Positions 22,309 through 31,800 of a stretch of 64,000 nt of DNA are shown here, in pieces. The stretch comes from Rhizaria sp. SCN 62-66 (lineage: Eukaryota), in the NCBI GenBank assembly GCA_001724265.1, contig MEDY01000054.1, positions 62,001-126,000 on the forward strand. Reading direction: 5' to 3'. A program made the translations under genes and the position numbers. The notes beneath the pieces were generated by a model that was given only the letters and a program-made list of their open reading frames with translations, had not been told where the DNA came from and did no database searches. Every line of letters begins with the position of its first letter. Within the stretch, counting starts at the first letter, position 1.

Positions 22309-25300
22309 TTACAGCCGGAGCTTCCCGCTATGAAGATCATCGTAGAGTTCTTGTGTCAGCACAACATACCGCTTCGCGGCATCATCACGCACCCACACTG
22401 TATCGCCAACTGCCATTGCCACATCACCACTACCAGCGCTCTTGCTACCGTTAAACAGCTCAAAGCCAGCACGTTGCAGAGCCGTCTTGTTGTGCTTAAA
22501 CGTCGCAGTGACCGTGAGCAGCGACGCCGCCGTCCCGGTGCCGGTGCCAGCGCCATGAGCCGCGCTCGCAGTCGCGGGCGCGGCCCCAGTCACTGCAGCC
22601 ATGGCAGCAGAGTTGTTGTGAGCTGCTGCAGCAGGAGCGGGCGTGCGGAGGAAAACCGGCATTTGCCACGACGCCAGCTGCTTCGACAGCCTGTTGTACA
22701 GCAGCGCGGTGTCAATGCCAGCTCCGACGCCGCTCGCCTGCTGTGATGACGGCTGAATCGCGCCCGCGCTCGCGCCCGCGTGGGCGGCCGTGGCGTTGCT
22801 TGCGTGTGGGATCAAGAAGGCCATTCCAGCGCGGCCGTCGCAGCCTGGCACAGTGACGCCGTACACAACCGCGTCCTCGACAAGTCCCGTCGCCATGACC
22901 ACTTCCTCAACCTGCGAGCACGCACAGTTCTCTCCTTTCCACCGGAACGTGTCTCCGAGCCTGTCGACGAACGTGATGAACCCATCGGCGTCCTTGACCA
23001 TGAGATCCCCGGAGCGGAACCACTCATCGCCGTGCGCAAACACGTCCGTGAGCACCTTGCGGCGCGTCTCCTCCTCGGTGCTGTAGCCCGACCACTGTCG
23101 CAGCGGGTCCGAGCGCACGATCTTGCCCACCAGCTCGCCGGGCTCGCCGGGCAGGCACTCGACGCAGAGCCCGTCGGCGTCGCGCACGGGCTCCATCGCG
23201 CTGTCCACAGAGCTCGCGTCGCGTACCCCGCTCTCCAACGCGTCGCTGCTAACACTGTTGGTACTCGTGCTCGCAGGTGTGGGCGAGCCCGGCGCGCCGT
23301 GCAGGCGGACGATGTGGACGGGGTAAACGAGGGTCGTGACCCATGGGAGGTAGCCACACGCGCCGACTTTGTTCATGGTGTTGACCAGAGTCGCGTTGCC
23401 CTCAGTCGAGCCGTAGAACTCGCCCACGTAGCCCACACCGAAGCGCGCCTAAATAGAAGATGTAAAACAAAATGATGAAACATCACGCATTTGAGGCGAA
23501 GTACAATATCAATCAAGGATTATGAAAAATTGCGTATAGGTAAAGTGATGGACAAATTCGTCGGAGATATAAGCGATACGATCGATCGATAAGTAACATG
23601 TGGTGAATACGCGAACAAAGTTCACTTGCGTACCTGAAAGCGCGCCCAAACCTCTGCACGCATGCCGTTGCCGATGGCCTTCTTGACCCTGTGCGCACGG
23701 TCACTCTGCGCGGGCGGCGCTGCGAGCAAATAGCGTGCCAGCTGCCCGATATACTGCACCACAGTGACTCCGTAGCGCGCACAGTCGGGGAAAAACGCCG
23801 ACGCGGAGAACTTGCGTCGCAGCACGAGCCCGGCGCCGAGCCACCAGGACATGCCGACGCCGAGTAGGCCACCCGATGAGTGGTAGAGCGGCAGCGGGCA
23901 GTACACGCGGTCGCCGGGCGACAGCCGGTGCATCGTGGAGAAGGACACGCCCGCCATGAAGAAGCGCGCGTGGCTGACCGTGGCCGCCTTGGGCAGACCG
24001 GTTGTGCCGGAGGTGTAAATCAGGAACAGGGTCGAGTGCGGGCCGGTCGCAGGCGTCAACGGCGCCACTGCAGCGCCGGCGCCGGTGGAAGTTAAGCCGC
24101 CGCCGGCGCTCAGTGAGATACTGTGGGGCGAGGCGGGGGCGCGCGGGTACATGCACCGCAGAGGCACGCGTGCGCTCGCAACTTCACTCTCGGCACGCTC
24201 TGCACTCGCGAACATACAGCTAGCGCTCGCGCCAGCGCCCACAGCAACGGCGGCAGCTTCAGTCCTAGACGTGAGTGCTGCAATCGCGCCTGCCGCGGCG
24301 AAGTCGCTCGCGTCATCCTCGTCGTGGTCGCGTTCAGTCAACCGCGCAAACCCACCGCGTGCAGTGTGAGATGAAGACGCTGCAGCTGCGACGCCGCAGT
24401 GCTCACAGTTGCAGTCGCTCTCGGCACATGCGCGCTCACAGTCGCCCGCACCCTCGCCCCCGCCCCCGCCCCCGCTGCGGCTCGTGGGTGTGTAGCCAGG
24501 CAGCGGCTGCAGGTGCCAGAGCGCCTCGACGGGACACGCGCCGCACAGACGGCCGCTGCGGAGCGCGCCGGCGTTGGCTAGCACGGTCACGGCCGCCGCC
24601 AGAGGGGCCGTGGCGCGGCTGCCGGCGAGCACGGACAGCGCAAGGCCGCGCGCGACGCTGTAAAGGGCGCCTGTCACAAAGGCGCAAGGGCCGCCACGGG
24701 CGCGGGTGTGAGTGCGGGCGCAGGCGTGGGACGCTGCTACAGAGCCCCACGCGGTCGTGTGTGGTGCCGTGACGCCTCTCGCAGCGGGGGAGAGCGGGCT
24801 AAGACTGAAGCTGTCGACGCGGCCGCGGCTGGAGGCGAGCGCAGGGCTGCTTGTGCTGTTGCTGCTGCTGCTGCTGATGCGGGTGCGGCTGGAGTCGCGG
24901 CTGCCGCTGTCGGGGCCGTGGTGTGCGAGGTGGTTCCGCGACTGCGGCTACGGCTGAGACTGCGATCGCAAGTCGACTGACGCAGCACCAGCAGCAGACG
25001 CAGAGGCAGCAGCAATAGGGGCACAGTGACGCCGATGCGGCTGCTGTTGCGATGCAGTCGCGCTGGCGCAGCCAACGCACCGCCCCAGCACCATGGTGGC
25101 GTCGTGTAACACAAAGCCGACCTCGACGAGAGCGTCCGCCCAGTGGCTGTTAACCATGGCAGCAGTCAAACTGTCCTCGATCCTGCCCATCACCCCAGCA
25201 CACGCACTCGCGCTCGCGCTCGAACTGGCGCTCGCGCTCGAACTGGCGCTCGAACTGGGGCTCGCGTTGGAGCTGTTGCTATGGTTGGATCTGTTGCTAT

Positions 25301-26150
25301 CGTTGTTGGCGGCATTGCAGTGCGTCGCAGCAGCGGCCGCGCGCGCCGTATGAACGCAGATATCAAGCCCGTCGACGGGGCAGCGAACAAGCCACTGCGG
25401 TGCGGACAAAGCTCCAGTGCCAGATGATGACGCAGCAGCAGCAGCAGCAGCAGCAGTGCCATTGTTATGCGTAGCAGACGCAGCAGCGACAGCGGCTGCG
25501 CGCGCGGCGGCGACGGCAACTGCGGCGGGTGACTCGCCCCACAACGCAACGTGCGCAGCCGTTACACTGGTGTCCGCAGTTGCGGTGGACGCAGCGGTTT
25601 CATCAGGGCACTCCCAGAGCTCCGTTTCCGTAGCGAGCGCTGGCGCGATTTCGGCCGCCAGCGCAGCACACTCGGCGCCGTACACAAGCACGGCCGCGCC
25701 GGACTCGCGGATGGCGTGTAGTAGCGGTGCGCCGCGCATAGTAGCGTTGAGTAGCGCGATTCGGCAGCCAGCGCGCGCGAGGCCGAGCCAGAGTGCCACA
25801 AATGCGGGGCGAGAGTCCATCAGCAGCGCGACGCACGCGCCCGGCTGCAGCGACACGCGCGGGGACGTCGCCCAGACGCGCACGGCGGCGCTGGCGCCGT
25901 CGAGCGTGGCGAACGAGAGCAGGTGCGCGCCGGAGAGCAGCGCGGGCGCGTGCGGGCGCAGGCGGAGCTGGCGGGCGAAGACGTCGGGCGCCAGACCGCC
26001 CGCGCGCACGAAAAGCAGGGTGCGGACTTTGACGTAGAGGAAGCGCGCGATGTAAGCGCAGAGGGCGAGCTGGCGGGAGAGGTAGGCGCGGGAGCGAGCC
26101 GGGAGCAGCGCGGAGAGCAGGAAACCCACCACGATCAGGAAGATGATCAT
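22309..26150 (-). CDS. Fatty acid transport protein / very-long-chain acyl-CoA synthetase (FATP/SLC27-like); exons 26150..23634 and 23448..22309; one in-frame TAG at 24948-24950
   Basis: N-terminal hydrophobic anchor; VALLMDSRPAFVALWLGLARAG...ALLN; IYTSGTTGLPKAA (AMP-binding); YCPLPLYHSSG; RRKFSAS; QYIGQLARYL; EFYGSTEGN; WFRSGDL; FVDRLGDTFRWKGEN; GRAGMA; TATFKHNK; terminal GKLRL then TAA. The ORF-track pieces 24948..26165 and 23622..24677 share one frame and are separated only by a TAG. Confidence 0.92.
23449..23633 (-). other. Spliceosomal intron of FATP gene (185 nt, phase 0)
   Basis: GTACGC...ATTTAG on the minus strand, AT-rich; joins VWARFQ to ARFGVGYVGEFYG. Confidence 0.93.
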
Positions 26151-26838
26151 TGTTATCTGTGGCAAGGAAACAAGGTTGAGACTGCAGTTGACGCGTGCGA
26201 CGCGGTATTAGTGAGCCGCAGATGCGCGGTATAACCAAGAGGCTTCCGATAAGCTATCCGTGTGTCTACCTTCCTGGTGTTGCTTTAGTCCACTTCTGTG
26301 CCGCAGTCTTGGCGCAATTTAGCAAAGCATTGAAGGGGTTCAACATGGAGGGGTGAGCCTACTTCGACAAGGTCGTTTGTTGTGAAGAGATCGTCAGTGG
26401 ATGTACTATTGAAACGGCAAATATGAAAAATTGTTTTCAATAATAATCCTTAATAATACTTTGGAGTCGAAGTGTTATATCAAGATGTGCGTTCCTGACG
26501 CTCCCACGACGCCCGTTCGTCCGCGCACAGTCCAGTCACCGGCGAAGGTGATTGTAGTGTAACCATGCATTGGTAACTGGTGTGACTGTAGCGAATTATC
26601 GTCCTTGACCACATTACTCTAGTTGAACAGCATACATCCCCAAACCTTGTCTTTTGACCGTTGTCTTGTTTGTTATGACTGAATGAGAGTGTTATTCATG
26701 AAATATTATATTGGTGTATGGTGGTGACGCTGTTGCAGCGAAAAAGACGAAAGATACAAAACAAACTATTATAACCCGGGCAAATCCATCACAAACCAGG
26801 CAGTATACTGTGCTACGTGGAGATCTCACGGCAGTCCT

Positions 26839-28151
26839 TTACAAATCAAGCGCAGGCTTCTTGGTGCGCGCCTTAGTGACGGGGTCGGCGGTGAACTCCT
26901 GGGTCATGGCCAGAATTTCGTTGATCTAAAAGGGAAAAGAGACACAGTGAGAGTGAAAACAATAGCGCGAAACAAGTGAGCAATCAGAATATAATGGAGA
27001 AACTAAGAACATTGTCACAAATCGGCATGACATGTGTTCAAACTATCATCATCGCACAAGCATATGATTGAACGTGGTCAATAAGAACGTACAGTGTGCT
27101 GAAGGTCGCGCAGATCGTTGTTGAACATGATGCGCAGCGCCGCGCTCGCCGCGTCCACCTCGGCGTCCCCCGTCTTAACGGCGGCGTCGGCCAGCGCGGC
27201 AAGCTCCTTGCGCGCGCCTTCCACGGTCACCACGGCGGCGACAGCGGCCTCGGCGCGGCGGCGGCGGCGCTGCGCGGTGGCTTCTGCGTGCGCGCCCAGG
27301 TCGCGGGGCTTGATCGCGGTGCCGGACTCGTAGACCGAGGACAGACTGCGGATCTGGCTCGGCGTGAAGACGCCCTGCTCGGCCGCCACGGCTGCGTTGG
27401 TCTGCGCGGCGGCCGCGGCGGAGGCGGCCGAAGAAGACACGGAGGGCGAGGCCACAGTCACTGCGGCTGCGGCCGCGACGTGGAGGTAATCGCTCTGCAC
27501 GCGGCGGCGCGCCTCGCGCAGCAGCGACAGCAGCGCGTCGTCGGAGGCGTCGGTCGCGGGGGCGGGCAAGCGCAGCACGGCGCACAGAGGGGCCATCGCG
27601 GCCGCAAGCGCGGGGCGGTCCGCGAACGCTGTCATCGGGTCCCCACCAGCGTTGCCAGCGATGCAAGCACCGACAGAGCTGCTCTCTGCGTCAGCAGAGG
27701 CAGTCGCGGGCGTGGCAGGGACCGCTGCGGAGGCGTGCGCGGCCGGGGGCGCGGGCAGCGGGAACTGGGCAGGGAAGTGCGCCTCGGCGGCGGCAGGCGC
27801 GAAGTACTGGGCGGAGGAGGAGTAGAACGAGGCGCGGTCGGCGTACTCGAGGCCCACGGCGCGCGCGGCGAGCCAGTCAGCGAGCGGGGCGCGGTCAGGT
27901 GCGGAGAACGGGTCGCGGGTGAGAATGTCCTTGGGCGCGTCGAGAGTGCCGAGGTACTCACGCCAGAGAGCGAGCCAGTCGTCGCTGAACTCGAGGGAGC
28001 GGAACGGAGCGCGGTCTTCCTGGTCCAGCTCGCGGATCTTCTCCTCCTCGAGCCACAGCACCAGAGTCGCGAAGGACGTCCAGTCGGAGAGATCAAGTGT
28101 TGATGCCGACGGATACTCAAGCGCGAAAAGCTTACGCTTGATCGAAGCCAT
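26839..28151 (-). CDS. RTRAF: RTRAF / C14orf166 (CLE, tRNA ligase complex subunit) homologue; exons 28151..27093 and 26925..26839
   Basis: N-terminus IKRKLFALEYP...FATLVLWLEEEKIRELDQEDRAPFR and spliced C-terminus ALRIMFNNDLRDLQHT-INEILAMTQEFTADP match the family pattern. Ends TAA. Confidence 0.85.
26926..27092 (-). other. Spliceosomal intron of RTRAF gene (167 nt, phase 0)
   Basis: GTACGT...CTTTTAG on the minus strand; restores LRDLQHT-INE. Confidence 0.9.
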
Positions 28152-28890
28152 CTAAGTCTGGCGTGAATGCGAAGGGGAATGGAAGGAAAGGGAGGTGAGA
28201 GGAAGTCATGAATCTGAACATGCGTTTTGAGAAGTAAGATATATATTGAGCGTAGTGTGGCAAATTGAGTCAATATAATATAGCACGTTACAGCGAACTC
28301 AACGTGTGTTGGGTGATGTTGTGATCTCATTGCCTCTGTATATCACTTTGATTTGCGGCGCACGTCGGAGACAAGATGCGATTTTTCGTTTGTGGTGGAA
28401 ACGAGATTTCCACCGCAACGAGATTTTGCATTTCTGGTCAGGTGCGACTTGTCGTATTTGTGGTGATTGGTTGATAAACTAAAGTGTATTCAGGTGAATT
28501 AGAGGGGGGTCACAGAGCAGGGATATGTTTCAAAACAGCAAATCAGTGTCGTCATATCTCACGTTGAGAAGACGGAACTTGATACTCTGCTCAAATCACG
28601 AGCAGCGAAGAAGCTATTGTAGTCACGTTAATCAAACACAAAATCCAAACGACTTGCGTGCGGCCAGAAAAAGAACACGATTAATGCTCTGTCAGAAGTA
28701 GTGTTGACAGAGGGCTTTCAAAGTAAGATGGTAGTAATCATATCATATGCAGTTTGTTGGCTGGTGTGTCACACCCTTTCTGAATGACAAACACGAGGAT
28801 TGAGCAATAATAAAGATAAGCAACAGAAAAAATAATATCTTAACACGAAATAATCGTCTAATAGGAAGTGTTTTTCACTGAACTATGGTG

Positions 28891-31800
28891 TCACATGTTG
28901 TTGTTGATGTAATTGTTTGGTAAAGCGAAGACATCACGTTTCTTCTTCGCCTTGGACTCTGACGCCATAGACTCGGACTCCGTCGCCGCGGCAGTCGCCA
29001 CGGGCAGAGACGAGAAGGTCTTGGGCCCCGCCGCACCCGCCGCCACCGTGGGCGCAGCAGGCGCCGGCGACGGGGTGGGTGCTGGCGTCGACGCGGGCGA
29101 CGCCGCGGGCGCGAGGATCTGGGTGAGACCGGCTAGAGACGCAGTCCCCACCTTGTCAGCGCCGGAGACGAGGGGCGAGCTTGCGCCCGCGCTCGCGCTC
29201 TGCCTGCGCTGGCTCGCCTCCGCCTCAGCCGCCCGCTGCTGGTTCGCCAGGATCGCCCCTGTCCGCGCGCGCAGCCCGTCGTATAGTGCCTTGAGCGCTG
29301 CGGCCACGCCTACAGGCCCGGCGCGACGCGCGGGGTCGAAATTCAGCAGGAAGTCGAGCGTCTCGATGAGCCGCTTGCTGTGGCCCGCAAACTCGCACGC
29401 CTGCGGAGGCAGGTAGTCGCGTTCGTTGACGCGCTTACCGCTCGCCAGGCTCTGTGCGACAATCATCACGGTGAAGAAGTTGGACAGGTCGTAGAGCGGG
29501 CGGCCCAGCCACAGCTCGGCCGCGGCGAGCGTGAGCGACCAGGAGTCGCTTGACTGCGTGATGAGGTTCAGACGGCGCCGGTCGTATCTGTTCTGGTGCG
29601 GGTCCGTGGTCTGCGACAGCAGCAGCTGCTCGGGCGACTGGTAGATCTCCGTGCCGCGCGCCACGCGCGTTGCCACCAGCAGCGGCAGCGACTGCTGCGT
29701 TGCGATGCCCGCGCCCGCGCCCGCGCCCGCCGCCGCCGCCGCGTCGGTCGCGCCGGAGAGCCGCGGGTGGTGCCATGTGGCCACCAGCGCGGCGGCACGC
29801 AGACTGGCCGGCGGCAGGATCACCGCGGTGCCGAAGTCGCCCAGTGCAACGCGCGGCGGCCCCTGCTCGCGCGGGCAGGCGGCGCTGGCGGCGGCCGCCT
29901 CCGCCAACGCGATGGCCTCCGTGGCCGCGACGGCGACGTCGCCGGCGCCGTGCACGTTGGCGCGCACGGGGACGCGGACAGGGACGACCCAGTCAGACTG
30001 CAGCAGCGTGCGCGCCTTGCTCTGAATCAGGATGTTGTGCAGCTTGATGTCGAAGTGCGCGACGCCCAACGCGTGCATGCGCGCGCTCGCGTACGCCGCG
30101 CGCGCCGCGAGGGCCAGGACAGCCTTGCGGTGCTCCAAGCAAAGCACGGTGCCGCGGAAAAGGTCTTGCGCAACCGCCGCTGGAGAAGGCCGCTCATCGT
30201 TGCAAACAGTGCATCGGAGGGCGCCGTCGAAATCATCTTCGATCAACGCGGTGCTCATCGCGGTGGCCTGCTTCGTGGTCATCGCCGGCCCTGCCGACGA
30301 CAGCGGGCTGGCGGCCGAGAAGACCCCCGCCGCGCTGCTCACCACCGAGGCTGTCGGCGACGCGCCGGGCAGGGATGTGGTGACGGCGGTGACGGTGGCG
30401 GCGGCGGCGGCGGCCACGCGGCGGTCTTCGCTGCGCTGAGAGGAGACCTTCAGGCTCTTGCGCCACGAGTTGGCGTCTGAGTCGAAAAGCTCCATGATGA
30501 TGGCAACGGCGCCGAAGACGTTCACGTCGTCGGGCTCGGCCGTGTCGCGCCCGCTCGCCACGGAGCCATCGTCGCGGCTGCGGCCGTAGAGGTCGCGGCT
30601 GTGCGCCGTCTCGGCCTGCGCGTCGCGCCCGTACCCCGTGCCCGCATCGGAGCTGGTGCGGAGCGACTGCGCGGGCGCAGAGGCGTCGTCAGCAAACTCG
30701 CTGGAAGTGGCGCGTGGCGCTAGAGCCTTGATGGAGCGCACGAAGCCGAAGTCGATGATCTGACCAACACCTTCGCCCGCGCGCGCGAGGCGCTGCATCG
30801 CGGTGATTTCGTTGAAGATGTTGGGCAGCGTGTTGTACTCCCACGTGCCCTTGGGCACTTCGAGCAGCTTCACGGCGACCCTGCGCGTCGTGTAGGGCCG
30901 CAGCGGGCAGCGGCGGTGGCACGGCACGACGCACGACGCCGAGACCTCGCGCGCGGTGAGGTCCTTGGCGGCGCGGGGACAGAAGTGCGCGTGCTTGGCG
31001 TAGTTCGCCCACCGCGGCATCGCGGGCGTGTACGTGGCCGAGATTACCTTGCCGAACTGACCGCGGCCGAGCATGCGGTCGATGCGGACCGAGCCGTGCA
31101 CCATGTCGACCTCGGCCCACGCGCCGGCGGCGGCAGAGAGCTATGCGGGCGGTGGCGGCAGCAGCAGCGGGAGAAGCGCCGGGTTTGGGGTCAGCGTCGG
31201 CGCCGCAGCAAACGAGAAACCGAAGCCAGACGCGCCTGCGAACCCCGAGGCCGGAACACTGGAACTGAGGCCCCACTGCGCGCCCCCGCCGCGGACGGGC
31301 ACAGACGGGTTGAACGCGCCAGCGGGCCGCGAGTCCGTGCCATCAAATGAGACCGGGATCGCGCCGGCGATGTCGACCAGCGGCTGCGGCGACTGGAACG
31401 TAAGCGCGGCGTGCGCCGCAGTGACAGCGCCGTAGAGCGGGCTGTGCGACGGCGACTGGAACAGACTGGGCAGCTCCGGCCCCGTGCCCGGCGTGCGCGA
31501 GGGCGAGATGAGCGGGGTCGAACCCTGCGGCCCCGTGCCCGGCGTGCGCGAGGGCGAGATGAGCGGGGTCGAACCCTGCAGCGGCAGCGGCACGGGCCCG
31601 TCCAACTCCTGGTGGTCGAGCAGACGCGACACGCGCGCCGCGCCTGCGCCTGCAGGCAGCGGGGCGCGCACCATCGCCGCGCCGGCCGCCGCGTTCGCCG
31701 ACACGAATCTCAGAGTTTGCGTCGGGGTTGGGATCATCGCCGCGGTGCTGCCCAGCGCAGTGTTCTGGCCGAACATCAGCGGGGATGGCGGCGGCGGCGG

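Noticed and set aside
22309-26150. Calling FATP, the hypothetical gene or the giant kinase pseudogenes
   Set aside because: The only lesions are TAG codons, with motifs, splice sites and frames intact; decay should also produce TAA, TGA and indels.
26157-26269. Possible 5'-UTR intron of FATP (GTAGAC...TTCCTTGCCACAG, minus strand)
   Set aside because: The acceptor looks good, but the donor departs from GTACG and no protein homology tests it; left uncalled.
16745-31143. Pyrrolysine/selenocysteine recoding or a classical readthrough motif at the TAG codons
   Set aside because: Selenocysteine uses UGA and pyrrolysine is not known in eukaryotes. The 3' contexts (CCG, CTC, CCT, GAC, GCG) share no motif such as CARYYA.
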